In this document: one piece after another, positions 1-14,237 of the stretch
Layout: every line of letters starts with the position of its first letter
Numbering within the stretch: the stretch's first letter is position 1
Source: Eledone cirrhosa
Taxonomy: Eukaryota
Length of the DNA: 64,000 nt
Assembly (NCBI GenBank): GCA_964016885.1
Contig: OZ024750.1
Location: 20,708,001-20,772,000, forward strand
Direction: 5' to 3'
Translations under genes and position numbers: made by a program
Notes under the pieces: generated by a model
Told to the model about the DNA's origin: nothing
What the model saw: only the letters and a program-made list of their open reading frames with translations
The model's database searches: none

Positions 1-507
1 TAACGCCAAAACCACTACCAACATAAGAGTAGAGGTCAGATGTACTTAAGAGTAACAAGAACAACCACTACAGATTGCCTTGCCTCACAACGAATTTCTA
101 TAGACTTTTGACTGAGGAATGTTCTCACAACTGACCAATGAGAGGAGAAGATGTCCTTTGATGCTGAAATTCGTTTGTTTAAATTCATATGATTCCAGTT
201 CCTCAGTGAAACAACAACCCAACCAGGAACTGGGCATATCAGAGTATTGACAAAGTTAAACACCTCAACAACATGTGTACTCGTCTCTACCACACTAATT
301 CGAACTGCCTGAAGAGGTCACAGCCAAAGATGGGTGTCACCGAAATATATATAGCAGTAATAAACGAAGCCAAATTTTTAACATTTGACTTATTTATTTT
401 ATTTTATTTTACATTTCTCCGGAGTAACTAAAGCAACATGCGCACTTCGTCGAGTGCTCCATCTGCACACTCCGGTGTTGATATACAACCAACATATACT
501 CAAAATT

Positions 508-510
<3 letters not shown>
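1..510 (+). mobile_element. Penelope-like element 3' fragment (pLTR with hammerhead plus tail), family C
   Basis: Contains the hammerhead at 304-358 followed by AATAAA and a tail with GTCGAGTGCT (449-458), ending at a (TA)n tract. Upstream sequence resembles the copy at 29667-29830. The 5' boundary is unknown (window edge). Confidence 0.55.
304..358 (+). ncRNA. Type I minimal hammerhead ribozyme (Penelope-like pLTR type)
   Basis: ACTGC(304-308)-CTGAAGA(309-315)-stem II GGTCACAGCCA/aaga/TGGGTGTCACC-GAAA(342-345)-palindromic TATATA-TA-GCAGT(354-358). All core nucleotides present; predicted cleavage after 353. Confidence 0.8.
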
Positions 511-600
<90 letters not shown>

Positions 601-629
601 GTAAATATTAATTCAAAATATTAATAAAT

Positions 630-835
630 ATAGACATTTGTGTGATGAAGTATATTTTATTATACATATTTAAAAGGTACTGAGCTATCTTCAATAGTAC
701 GTCCTCATCAGATAAAATAAGTTGATGCTTGATCTACCTTGACTATGTTGATGGTTAAAAATCAGTCATGGCAGTGCTTCGAATCTATTGTAAAACTTTA
801 TTCATTGATTTATTCATTGAACCTTGTTTAACCTT

Positions 836-840
<5 letters not shown>
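630..840 (-). mobile_element. Degenerate Penelope-like pLTR with decayed hammerhead
   Basis: Minus strand reads CTGATGAGGACGTACTATTGAAGATAGCTCAGTA then AATAAA, between (TA)n tracts. GAAA is mutated and stem I is not evident. Confidence 0.3.
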
Positions 841-904
<64 letters not shown>

Positions 905-918
905 CAGTTATAAATATA

Positions 919-962
<44 letters not shown>

Positions 963-1054
963 AATGGAATAGAATGAAACGAAATTTCATTTCTCACTCT
1001 TAGTACGTCTGTATACATATATGTATGTACGTATACATACATACTTACATTTAT

Positions 1055-1143
<89 letters not shown>

Positions 1144-1145
<2 letters not shown>

Positions 1146-1292
1146 CGGAGAAAGCTATTAGCGATACTTCGACCAATTTCCAACTCACTCAACAAACATT
1201 AGGAAATACCGGAGTATATTCCCAATTAAACGTTTGGGGTGCTAACTATATTGTATTGTGTGGATAATCGGCTGTATTATTTTATATGAGAT
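1144..1292. repeat. Interspersed repeat (second copy at 37582-37740), adjacent to (TA)n
   Basis: AACGGAGAAAG.TATTAGCGATACT...CCAACTCACTCAACAA.CATTAGGAAATACC.GAGTATATTCCCAATTAAACGTTTGGGGT is shared by both loci. Confidence 0.75.
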
Positions 1293-1469
1293 ATAATATA
1301 TTAACATTGATGAAATCTTCATATATGCAATCTAACTATCAGAATTATTTGGTATGTTATGCATGTCATGTGAAATATTATTCAATACAGATTCACTATT
1401 AAATGCGATAATTTGATAACATTTTGCCCAACTTCAGGAATCAATTTTGTTCACGTATACATATAAAAT

Positions 1470-1622
1470 GTTTCTACTTCTGGCACAAGGCCGGCAATTA
1501 CCCCAGTACATTACTGGTACTTCAATTATTGACCACGTAAGGACGAAAAGCAAAGTCAACATCGGCAGGATTTGAACTCCGAACGTAAAGGCCATGGTGT
1601 TTGACGCTTTACCGATTCTGTT
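1470..1622 (-). mobile_element. tRNA-derived SINE copy (dominant family), internally deleted
   Basis: Reverse complement of the family consensus: ggcacaaggcc.gcaatta...actggtactt...gcaaagtcaac...gatttgaactc. Confidence 0.8.
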
Positions 1623-2329
1623 AAACCACAATAATAATGCAGACATGGGTGAATGCTTAAGATCTTTGTTTCACAATCAATGTAGTGTCCTGGGTCAGGG
1701 TTCCAATCCATTCTGCGATAAGTTGGGAAATGTCCATTACTATACACATCTTTTCGATTCAAACACTATGAGTGAGGCACTGTACAGTGAAACTGTCACG
1801 CACTTTCTCATATTATATCTCACTAAAAATTACATGAAAGGAACATACATCTGTCGAATGTCAGTCACTTGACAATTAATTTCTCGAACACAATGTCAAC
1901 CTTCCCTAACAACAGGAAAGCTTGCTGTCGATACTTATGGTTCTAAAACAACATCATTCACATGCGTATGCATATATGAGTGTATTCATGTGATGTGTGC
2001 GTTGCTTGTGTGCACATTTATGTGTGTGTGTATCCGTGTGCGCTTAATACAAATTGCTATGAGTTCAAGATGACCGTTACCTTCTTCGCAATCAAAATAA
2101 AAACAATGTATAAGTAAATACATATATAAACACCACATTCTTTCCAACTCAAAATATTTGTTGAATATAGATTATGTTTCAGGGTCTGCGGCATTGATTT
2201 CATTTCATCTAATATATGTTGCTCTTTGTATTCTTAAGTGAATATAGGGAAGGGACAATGTAATGATTATACTGGAATGGAAACTACTTATGTATAATTT
2301 AGATATAATACTATTTGGAAAACATTTAG

Positions 2330-2519
2330 GGCGGTGGATTGACGGTATCGGTAGAGGGTCGAACGCCATGCTTTCCAGCATAGTTACGTCCCTTTACGAT
2401 CTGAGTTCAAACCCCGTCGAGGTTGACTTTGCCTTTCATCCTTACGGGGTCGATAAAATAAAGTACCAGTAATGCACTGGGTATTTGCTGGCCTTGTGCC
2501 TAAAGTAGAAACAACTATT
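2330..2519 (+). mobile_element. tRNA-derived SINE, full length, with TSD
   Basis: A-box-like TGACGGTATCGGTAG, B-box GAGTTCAAACCCC, body GCCTTTCATCCTTACGGGGTCGATAAAATAAAGTACCAG. Flanking direct repeat ACTATTT(G/A)GAAAACAT at 2310-2325 and 2514-2529. Confidence 0.9.
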
Positions 2520-2704
2520 TAGAAAACATGAATGTATGCATGTAGGCATGAATGGTGATTGATATAATGGGATAACAAGATATGTAAGCAGTGTCAACTC
2601 TTCTCATCGCCCAGAAAACTTAACGCGTGTAGATTTACAATGATATCGTTGAGCCGAGGATTTATCCTACAGAGACACAGACTTAAGGAAATAAAAAAAA
2701 AACG

Positions 2705-2743
<39 letters not shown>

Positions 2744-2748
<5 letters not shown>

Positions 2749-2808
2749 GATCGTGTAACGTTCAATGGAGAGATGGAACTCTTCTGACTAGAAGTAGCAA
2801 TCAATATT

Positions 2809-2843
<35 letters not shown>

Positions 2844-2906
2844 GATCGTGCAACGTTCAATGGAGAGATGGAACTCTTCTGACTAGAAGTAGCAATCAAT
2901 ATTTGT
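2744..2906. repeat. Tandem duplication of a ~68 bp unit separated by (TA)n
   Basis: ACATGATCGTG(T/C)AACGTTCAATGGAGAGATGGAACTCTTCTGACTAGAAGTAGCAATCAATATTTGT occurs at 2744 and 2839. Confidence 0.9.
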
Positions 2907-2928
2907 ATATATATATATATATGTATAC

Positions 2929-3121
2929 TATTCCGGGTTGAATCGGAGGTAACCACAGTAAGTAAGGTACTCAATACATAGCAGAGTATAATAGTTTTAA
3001 TATAGAAGAGATTCTACAGGACTAGAACTGTTTCATTCATTAGAAATCATCAGGAATCCTGATGATTTCTAATGAATGAAACAGTTCTAGTCCTGTAGAA
3101 TCTCTTCTATATTAAAACTAT
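2929..3121 (-). mobile_element. Fold-back hammerhead element, family A (Penelope-like pLTR plus inverted copy)
   Basis: Inverted arms 2991-3053 and 3059-3121 around GAATC; a ~60 bp tail on the left arm only; TA repeats on both sides. Homologous to 25299-25487. Confidence 0.8.
3009..3059 (-). ncRNA. Type I hammerhead ribozyme, family A
   Basis: Minus strand GGATTC-CTGATGA-tttctaatgaat-GAAA-CAG ttctagtc CTG-TA-GAATCT. Stems I and III pair; stem II is weak (ttc/gaa). Confidence 0.6.
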
Positions 3122-3128
3122 ATATATG

Positions 3129-3175
<47 letters not shown>

Positions 3176-4412
3176 ATATATATGCGGAGGGATCTTGTGT
3201 GTCTGTATATGTGTGAATGTATAAAACAGCCTGCGTCTAGCATGCCCTATCGAGTAATTCATTCTCTGTGTTCGGCTAAAATTCTCAACCAAACGTGCTG
3301 CATTTATTGTTTCTCTTATGTAAAATTTAGTTACATAATTTAAATGAAACCGAAATCGGTTTACTATTATCGCTTGTCTGTCATTTCTTGACTACTATAT
3401 ATAACTGTTTTCCACCTTCGTCGGTTCACATGACTACTGTTCCAGATGTTACTATCAACAGAAGAGCATGTCTGTCAAATTTACGTGCAAGTCGGTTAGC
3501 GTTCTACGTAGACGTATATCATTAACGTAAATATCAAGCACGTGTAGTATGCGACAACGCTAGCCCCTTCAATTGCATATACAACTGTTTACTTGCCAGT
3601 CGGGCGGACAAGAGAAATGCGAAATAAGCCTTTTGCACAGGGTTTCAACGGGATGCCAGTAATCGAACTGATTACCTTATGATCGTAAAACTAACAACAT
3701 GACTCCTAAGCCACACACTTTCATATAACTAGGATTAATACTAGAAAGTTTATATCCGACATTCTAACGACTGCCAATTCGCTGCCTATATGTTGACTAT
3801 ATTTCATAAAAATTAATTTAGTTATACTGAAGTGTTGTAATCTGTCTAAGGTAATTTAGTTAACGGTTATGGCAATTGATGTTATTATATAGTTAGTATA
3901 CGCTCTATCATATAAACCAGTCGTTCAATGTTCAATAGAACATTAAACCATTTACATATCATATAGAAACGGGAATCTGACATTTCCGTGTCATTTCTTT
4001 ACAAAAATATCGATCAGAATATAGTAAAATATTGATTTTCACTTACCCGTAATCTTGTTAGTTTTCATTTACCGTTGAATATGACAATCTAAAATTGTTA
4101 TTACCTACACGGTTTTCATCGAGGCAATTCTCCGTTGAACTTTCACCTTTTTAAAGAGAGCAACATTGGGGAATTAATAAACTAACTTGATAAGTTCATT
4201 GTAGCATTGTCTCTTCACACAGGGGAGTCGGTGCGATTTGTCCTTTGTAGTTGCTGCTCTACGTTATGTGCAATAAGCTATTAATTATTAATACAATATT
4301 TTTGAATTATTAAATTCTTTATTACTGCAACAAAGTATGTAAAATCAAAGTGTAGCATGTTATACTTTCATGAATAAAAAAAGAAAAGAGAATGAGCCCA
4401 CCGTTAGATTGA

Positions 4413-4443
<31 letters not shown>

Positions 4444-4510
4444 CTTCTTCTTCTTCTTCTTTCTTCTTCTTCTTCTTCTTCTTCTTCTTCTTCTTCTTCT
4501 TCTTCTTCTC
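4413..4510. repeat. (CTT)n microsatellite
   Basis: Direct reading. Confidence 0.95.
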
Positions 4511-4990
4511 CAAATTATTTCTGTGTGGGTCGTGGAGGTAGATTCCTCAACTCTTCTCCCAGCGTATTCTTTCAAAGTACGGCTGGATTAACCTCTTTGT
4601 GCTCTTTTTTAAGGCGTGACATTGAGACTGCAATATGGACGCCTAAGTTCCAGTCAAGCGCTAAGTACTGCAAGCGAAAGTTCAAAACAAGTTTGGAAAG
4701 TTTAGACCATTTAAAACATGAGTATTTGGAGTTCTTACTCTTTTTCGATCATCTATGTAACAGTTTTATAATTGTGACCACTATATCACTGTAGAAATTC
4801 GTCCAAATATTCAGCTTTGTGTTGAATCTTGAAATTGTTATTATTGCTGTTGTTATGAAATTATGCGTAATATATAGGTTTTTGCTATTTATTACTTGAG
4901 GTATTACAAAATATTTCTTTAGATTTCATGTTGCGATGTATAAGAAAATTGTACAAGATTCTTGTATCCTTACATACAAGGTTATTTATT

Positions 4991-5041
<51 letters not shown>

Positions 5042-5094
5042 TAGTATGTGCGTGCGCGTGCATGTGTGGGTGTGTATGTGAGCGCTTGTATATA

Positions 5095-5196
<102 letters not shown>

Positions 5197-5612
5197 TAGA
5201 TAGATATATAGATATATAGATATAGATATATACGTGTGTGTGTAAGAGTGCGTATATATATATATATATGTGTGTGTGCGTGTATATGTGAATTTTAAAG
5301 CTGATGCATTGAATTTAAGAAGCTAAACGATATTATAGAATGAACCTATATATCTGCATCTCTTTATATGATATAGAATGCCGCTATATTTACAACAGAT
5401 TTTAAGAAACATTACAAGCAGGTCTGCAAATGACGGACACATATCTGACATGGAATATAATACTTTCTTTTCAGTTAGATAAGAGTGTCAATTTCTTAGG
5501 GATTTTCAGAAGGATTCTCCACATTACGCCCATTCAGTATCACTATGTCAATCTTAAGTTCTATTCGCATTTCTGCTATTTAAAGAAATGTCTTATTTAG
5601 TGAATGTATATG

Positions 5613-5643
<31 letters not shown>

Positions 5644-5956
5644 ATATGTTAGCAATTGAAATTCTCGTGTGCTGAAGTTCAATAGAAATCTTGGCTTCAC
5701 TATTGTCTAATTATGAGGAGATTCATGTGCGTTTCGCAGAATGTCCTCTTGAAGATAGATGGTGAGAAGGATATGAAGAATATAGACAATGCGAATGGCA
5801 TGAATGTACGAGTCTCAGATAGAATTTCGCTTCACGGCCGCAATATTTCACACTCTATCCTTAGCAGCTTAGGAGAGTGTCTTGGAAAGACTAATGCCGA
5901 TAGAGCGAAATCGAGTATATACACACACACACACATACATACACACACACACACAT

Positions 5957-6056
<100 letters not shown>

Positions 6057-6111
6057 GTATATGTATGTATGTATATAGAATCAAACTATGTTCGGATTGC
6101 GTTCGTATCTT

Positions 6112-6244
6112 GCTGTCGAAACGGCGGCCGGAGCTCAGCCGTCGGGGTCATGACTATTTTCCTATTACCCACTCTACTACGCTAAGTATCGAATACTCTG
6201 GTGCGTTATGGTCCACCTGGTATCTTACCACACCCTCTTTGTTA

Positions 6245-6246
<2 letters not shown>
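6112..6246 (+). mobile_element. Family B pLTR-like 3' fragment (hammerhead 3' half plus tail)
   Basis: GTCGAAACGGC...GAGCTCAGCCGTCGGGGTC...TTCCTATTACCCACTCTACTAC.CTAAGTATCGAATACT...GTTAT, then TA repeats. Homologous to 15274-15407. Confidence 0.7.
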
Positions 6247-7275
<1,029 letters not shown>

Positions 7276-7769
7276 CGGAGAGTAATTGTCCATACTATAC
7301 TACACGGATCTTATCTGGTATATATCCTACAGGAGTTCTAGATTCACACCACGCACGTAACTCTTGAGAAATTGGCAAATCAGCGCTTGCCACAGTATTA
7401 TATTTGATATTTATTATAAAGATTACATCAAGTAATATTTGCAGAGTGTTAATGCTAGATATTCTCATAAACTGTGATTGATTTCTTTACAAACCGAAAC
7501 TCGTGTGTGATATTTACGCATATATATGAAATATATGTGATATGTACGCACAGATATGAAATTTGAGTTATAATCGTTCCACTGTAAATGATTAGTTCAA
7601 TTTGCTAATAGATATTCCACTTCGTCTACCGCTTATTTTGTGATACAATATGTGATACAATATATTACAATGTCTTCTGAGAATTTGTTTCTGGCAGTGA
7701 ATGTTGATTAGCTACATTTGATGGTTATCAAAGAGGTCTTTGGCAGTTTTTATTTAGAGTGCAATAATA

Positions 7770-7960
7770 ATTATTTATACTTTTGGCACGAGGCCAGCAA
7801 TTACACCAGTGTATTCCTGATACTTCATTTCATCGACCCCATAAGGATGAAAGGCAAAGTTAAGTAATAATGGGGATAGTTTTGCTGCTTGTGGTGGTGC
7901 TGATGATGTCTTTGTGGTGCTGATCGTAAGATTTGAACTCAGAACGTAAAGGGGCATAAC
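7770..7960 (-). mobile_element. SINE copy interrupted by a (GGT/GCT/GAT)-rich insert
   Basis: ttttggcacgaggccagcaatta...tcgaccccataaggatgaaaggcaaagttaa, then an insert, then gatttgaactcaga. Confidence 0.75.
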
Positions 7961-8188
7961 TGTTTAAATGACGACGTCGAATTGCCTATCGAATAGTAGT
8001 TAACGTGGTATTCCCCGCTTTCCACGGTTGAAATGGCAGTTATCAACAAAGATGTCGGTGAATTGGCAAGAGTCGTTAGAACGTCGATTAGAGTGCTTTG
8101 TTTAGAACGTCGATTAGAGTGCTTTTCTGTTCCGTTACCTACTTACTGAGTTAAAATTTCACCGAAGTTAACTCTGCCTTTCATCCGA

Positions 8189-8275
8189 GGTACGAAGTAT
8201 ATGTAAAATTTCATACGGAAAATTAAACCATTGACTCACTGGTTTTCCGTATCAAATTTTACATATACTTCGTAC
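8189..8275. repeat. Inverted repeat (~33 bp arms) truncating a SINE copy (8055-8187)
   Basis: GTACGAAGTATATGTAAAATTT.ATACGGAAAA pairs with TTTTCCGTAT.AAATTTTACATATACTTCGTAC. The spacer TAAACCATTGACTCACT also occurs reverse-complemented at ~9945-9961. Confidence 0.8.
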
Positions 8276-8996
8276 GAGCATTTATGTAGTTTGCACTAGA
8301 ATTTTTGTATAGTGGCGGCACCTTTAGAGATAGTATTAGTATTCTTTTTCGGGATTCTGAATTATTATTTCGTATTAGTTTATGTTTTTGCACTGAGTGG
8401 CTGCTGGCCTTGTGCCTGGGGTAGAAACCTTTATTTATTATTTCATGGTAGTTTCTTTAGTATTTTGGCACCTCACTTGTTGACCCGTCACCGTAAGATA
8501 TACTCGGTTTAATACTTATACCTCTTAAAAGGGTCTCATTATAATTCCGTCCCACCTAGTAAACCTTTCTTTAGCCTAGCAGTACCATGAGAGACAAGAT
8601 AGCTGTCCTTAGGTCGTAGTAACCAGGAATTGTTTATTTTTTTTTACATTTAATTGCTTTTTAACACTCTCGGTATTTTTCTATATATTTACACCATATT
8701 GTTTTACTTATTGTTTCGACTCCCCCCCCCCCTGCCCCTCCCTAGTATCTTCTTTGACCTCAGGCCCAGCAGTAGTCGGCACTATCAACGCATGACTGGG
8801 TCTCCTCCACCCCCTCTCCCTCTTTCTCCTACTGGCAGGTTCAACTACCCCTTCCCTCCACAAATTGCCATGATAGAATTATTATGTCTCAACAACAAAC
8901 TTTTGAACAATCCTTGTGACAATCATTTTTACCATATATCGAATTACCCCTTGAGAAGCTCGGCTATTCAAATACCAGGATAAAAATGTTCATTTA

Positions 8997-9053
8997 GTCC
9001 AGAATTAGCCGTCGAAACGGCTTGAGCTCAGCCGTCGGGGTCCTACTCGTTCC

Positions 9054-9056
<3 letters not shown>
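8997..9056 (+). mobile_element. Family B tail-less arm (hammerhead 3' half) ending at TTCCTAT-(AT)n
   Basis: AGTCCAGAATTAGCCGTCGAAACGGCTTGAGCTCAGCCGTCGGGGTCCTACTCGTTCCTAT. Confidence 0.75.
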
Positions 9057-9090
<34 letters not shown>

Positions 9091-9136
9091 ATATATATGT
9101 ATATATATATATATGTATATATATGTATATATATAT

Positions 9137-9186
<50 letters not shown>

Positions 9187-9191
9187 GTGTA

Positions 9192-9265
<74 letters not shown>

Positions 9266-9361
9266 TAGGAAAATGTCTGACCCTACGGATATTTTTGGGC
9301 GTCCAGACATATCCTAAGTATTGAGTACTCTCGTGCGTTATGGTCTTACATTTCATATATG

Positions 9362-9394
<33 letters not shown>

Positions 9395-9409
9395 ATATAA
9401 GTATATATG

Positions 9410-9499
<90 letters not shown>

Positions 9500-9500
9500 G

Positions 9501-9577
<77 letters not shown>

Positions 9578-10321
9578 TAAATATATATTCATGTACACAC
9601 ATAAACATAAATATGTATATAAACACAAATGCAAACGTTCTCCATATATATGTATACATATATATATATATATATATATATTTATATGTTTTGTGTGTGC
9701 AGACATATATTTATGTGTGTATATGTGTACGTGCGTGTGTTTGTATTTGAAAGATATAGATTATTGGCTCATATATATCGAATACCACTTCATTATATAT
9801 GGCGGCCGCAGTTATTTTCTTGGAGCCTGCCTTCAAATAATATAATAATGTTAAACTCTTACGTAAAATTTATGTCTGTCGTAAACTAAGCACATTGTCT
9901 GTCATATCGCCTAGCAAGACATAAATGTGTTGAAACATATGTCTAGTGAGTCAATGGTTTATTTGTTAAAACCAATGTACGGCTTTGATGTATCGGCAAT
10001 GTAACAACCTACCCCCCCCCCATTCCTGCTTTCTCTCTCTACGCTACACTACTCTACTACTACCACACGTTAAATATATCTCTATACATCAATTAATGGC
10101 GCGAATGTACAATATATCGATAAGTGGTGTGTTTTTGTTATTTTTGTTGTTATTGATGTATATTTGTTGCTGTGTTAGTCTTGCCGTTGGTGGTGGTGGT
10201 TGTGGTGGTGGAGGTGGTGGTAGAGGTAGTGGTGGAAGTGGTTGCGTGATGGCAGTGGAGTTATTTTCTGTGAAGATGGTTTTCATTGATTTCTGTGTGC
10301 ATGTATAAGTGTATATATGCA

Positions 10322-10380
<59 letters not shown>

Positions 10381-10419
10381 TTATTTATTATTATATATAT
10401 ATATATATATATATATGTG

Positions 10420-10484
<65 letters not shown>

Positions 10485-10615
10485 AAGAGTGGGGGCAATA
10501 GATACGCTTGTACAGACTGACACACTCATATATATGCGTATGTGTGAGTGCATGTATATCGATACAGGCGTATATATACTTGTGTCAGCCTTCACATGTA
10601 TGCATACCTTACACA

Positions 10616-10675
<60 letters not shown>

Positions 10676-11299
10676 GGGGGGGGTATACATGCATACAAAC
10701 ATTTACATGTGTAGGTGTGTACGTACGGACGTCACTATTTCTCGAAATTTGATATTATCTGTTATTAAAATCACTCTTGAATAGTAGTGAATATATTGTG
10801 AATTCTTTGCGCTGATCCCATATAATCAGTACCCGTGTTCTTATGGGGATAAAAACTACCCCACACATTTTATTGGACTATCTAATCACCGAAGAATTTG
10901 CTCTTTCAAGAATGGGTAGAAACTCGATACCTGTCATTTTCCACATTTTATACTAAAACGTGCACTGACAATATTGTCGAGTATTTCTTTAGTTTATCTG
11001 TATTTATACATATTTACACAGGAACATGCATTCGCTCGTTCTTATACACACATTTCCGCGGGGATATAGAATATTTGAAATGTTCACTTCAAAATAATTG
11101 TTTCCATATTGGTCTGGCGGCCTGCAATGTTAAAGGAAAGGGGAAAGTCGATAAAATCTATTTCTGTGCGTTACAAATACTTTATGATATCGAACCTGTA
11201 AAGAAGAAAGAGGAAGCTAACCTTCACGAAATATAGAGTCAGAACATAAAGCGTTGTAATTATATGACGCCATGAATGTTGTCCGATGACCTACCGCTG

Positions 11300-11830
11300 T
11301 TCCTCTACCAGGTCTTGATATATTTTGGAAATATCATTTAGCATAAACTGAAATTTATTAGAAGCTCGATAAATGTACTGTGTTTGTAATACAAAGGACC
11401 AGTCTTGTTTCACATACCGCGTCACATTGAACCTTCTCATATGGATACTGTCACACCCACATTTATCAGCAGGATGTCTTCCATAAACATAGTCTTCAAT
11501 CATTCTGCGGTTATGCACTTTCTGACTGAATCTGCAATGAAGATCTCTTCACAAGGTGCAATATCGTCGGCATTAAGTTATGTCTGATGCAATTGCAACT
11601 GAGATGGGCTGATCGTATCCTACGGATAACTGAAGAGTGAGTGGTAGTGTTATACAGTCAAATTCATAATGGTGCATGTAATCTTAGCGAACCATTACTC
11701 TTATATAAAAACAAAATTATAAGCAATCTTAAATCTGTGGACATAAGTCGTACATCTTTTGAAGCCGTAGCTGGTGACCCTGGAAAATGGAGAACTGTCT
11801 GCCATGAATGTCTAAAGAACCGATATAACT
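11300..11830 (+). mobile_element. Degenerate RTE-clade LINE ORF 3' fragment
   Basis: ORF 11641-11835 LYSQIHNGACNLSEPLLLYKNKIISNLKSVDISRTSFEAVAGDPGKWR resembles the RTE C-terminal pattern LYGEL..G.R..GRP.LRYKD..K..LK...I....WE..A.DR..WR. Confidence 0.6.
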
Positions 11831-11868
11831 GCTGAACCCTTATGCGTCGATATTCAACGGGGAAGTCC

Positions 11869-11973
<105 letters not shown>

Positions 11974-12000
11974 TATAATTATAATAATAATATTAATACA

Positions 12001-12254
12001 ACAAGGGCGAATGGTTACTCCTTCATTACGTTTACAGGTTGGTGACGTGCGTTTCGCTATTGATCAACACAAGATTCAATCTGTATCGTTCCAGCCCCAC
12101 TCCGTAATCAATGGGTCATCAGACCTCTGTGGTTGTAATGACTGTATCATTATACTACACTCTGTCTAGCTCTACACCTCGATACTGACGCGAACCTAAC
12201 AATCGAGTGCTCACCCGGATGAACCTAGAGTAACTCTGCGTTACACTCCCTGGA
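12001..12254 (+). mobile_element. Family F pLTR-like element (inverted decayed hammerhead part plus tail)
   Basis: Minus strand ~12036-12075 reads GAAA-CGCACG-TC-ACC. The plus-strand tail ATCGAGTGCTCAC....GAA.CTAGAGTAACT is shared with the reverse complement of 36487-36540. Confidence 0.45.
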
Positions 12255-13015
12255 TATATATATATATATATATATATATAAGTATGTGTTTGTTTCCATG
12301 TGATGTGTGCGTATGTATGAGCTTGTTTTTGTGTGTACATCCTCAGATAGATAGATTGATGTATATATACATAGTTACTGAACACAAACAACAAACAACA
12401 ACAACATATTGGCAACAAACGTTATTTGCTATTTTCAAAAAAAGACAACTTTTGCATATATTGGTCTCCCTTTGAAAAATACTGACATTGGCATTGCCTG
12501 CGGAGCTCTTATCATTTGAAGATGGCGTATTGAATTTTCTATCGTTATAGCATAATTTAAGAAGTTCATTTTCTCCCTGTTCATTTAATATATCATCTCT
12601 CGTCATGGTAATTATAAAGTACGATGTCTTGTACAAATAATATGTCTCGGAGCTTGTAGCCTCAGGGCATATTATTTGATATGATATTGTAGGTGAGAAT
12701 GTTCTAACAACTGATTCATGATAGATATTATTAATATATTCGTAAGAATCCAATGAATTTTGCTGGTTTTCAAGTCAAAATTAGTGACTCTTTAAAATGT
12801 ATTTTAAAGTGCAAGATATCCAATGATCGATAAAGAGGTTGTGGATACTACTTCAACTATTTTCTTTGCGCCCCATCTTATCCTTTTCTCTCATTAAAAT
12901 ATAATGTGTATAGTTCTCGAGATATCCGTGACATAATTTCTCATAAATTTAATGAAGATATTTGAGGTAATTTATATGTTATGTTTAAGTTCAATTTTAT
13001 TGTTTTTTGTTTGAT

Positions 13016-13407
13016 TAACCTTTCATCATATTTAATAGTATTATATCATATTTAATAGTATTATAAGTCTAACCTTTCATCATATTTAATAGTATTATAT
13101 CATATTTAATAGTATTATAAGTCTAACCTTCATCATATTTAATAGTATTATACCATATTTAATAGTATTATATCATATTTAATAGTATTATAAGTCTAAC
13201 CTTTCATCATATTTAATAGTATTATATCATATTTAATAGTATTATAAGTCTAACCTTTCATCATATTTAATAGTATTATATCATATTTAATAGTATTATA
13301 AGTCTAACCTTCATCATATTTAATAGTATTATATCATATTTAATAGTATTATATCATATTTAATAGTGTTATAAGTCTAACCTTTCATCATATTTAATAG
13401 TATTATA
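13016..13407. repeat. Minisatellite with higher-order structure (20 bp subunit; 54-54-73 bp blocks repeated twice)
   Basis: Subunit ATCATATTTAATAGTATTAT; linker AAGTCTAACCT(T)TC with TAACC at 13016, 13070, 13124, 13197, 13251, 13305, 13378. Confidence 0.95.
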
Positions 13408-13789
13408 TGCCCCTTAGTTGTGTTCAGTGACATGCATGCACGTGCAAGCAGTGTGGAAACATCTTAGTGTTCTTCTAGTAACGGAAAGCCGGGAAATATA
13501 CCAAACGTATTGGTAATAACCTGATTGAGTCATTTCACACTTTCCTGGCCGCATCACTAATGAAATATACTTTATTTTATCTAATTTGTGGAGAGGCTTG
13601 AGATTATAACACAAAATTATTAATTATTCTATTACAAAGATGGTAACGTAACCATTTGGGACTTAAGATTCAATGCTGCTGAATGTACGGGGGTGTTGAA
13701 CAGTTTTATGGGGACTTGGACAGAATGTGAACCAGGGAACACCATGCACCTATCAGCAATATTTGCGCCATCTCATCTGACCTGCGATG

Positions 13790-14115
13790 ACCCCAAAATG
13801 AATATATTTCAAACTCCACGATCACGTTACTATAATCATATGGCTTCCTAGCTCGCCGACCTTGAATCCCTTGGAGTATTACGTATAGGTCATAGTTGAG
13901 AGGGAAGTCGGTCGACGCCGCTATGCCTCTATAAAATATCAGAATTTCCAAAATAAATGAAGTTCAGCTGATTGCGCCATGTCCGCGCTTCAGAGGTCGG
14001 ATTAAAGCAGTTTTAGATGCTAACTACGGGTGTGTTGAATAGATGCGCCACGAGGAGTCTCAAATCACCCATGCCAACTTCCTAAACATTGCTTTTCTTT
14101 CATAATTTATGAGCA
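13790..14115 (-). mobile_element. Degenerate RTE-like LINE fragment (related copy near 47600-47940)
   Basis: ORF 13706-13951 contains YDLYVILQGIQGRRARK (cf. RTE ILQGKI.G.R.RGR). ATGTCCGCGCTTC...TAACTACGG is shared with ~47620-47650. Confidence 0.45.
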
Positions 14116-14176
14116 TTTTAATAAATTCCTGCAAAAATGTCCTCAGAGAAGTGCGCAAACATATATATCGATATAA

Positions 14177-14235
<59 letters not shown>

Positions 14236-14237
<2 letters not shown>

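Noticed and set aside
2330-2420. tRNA genes at A/B-box motifs
   Set aside because: These are SINE heads; no cloverleaf, and they continue into the SINE body.
12343-12753. 136 aa non-repetitive ORF as a host exon
   Set aside because: No recognisable domain, no ATG start and no supportable splice context; may be a decayed transposon.
13016-13407. CRISPR-like array
   Set aside because: The spacers are identical linkers rather than unique sequences; eukaryotic context with no cas genes.
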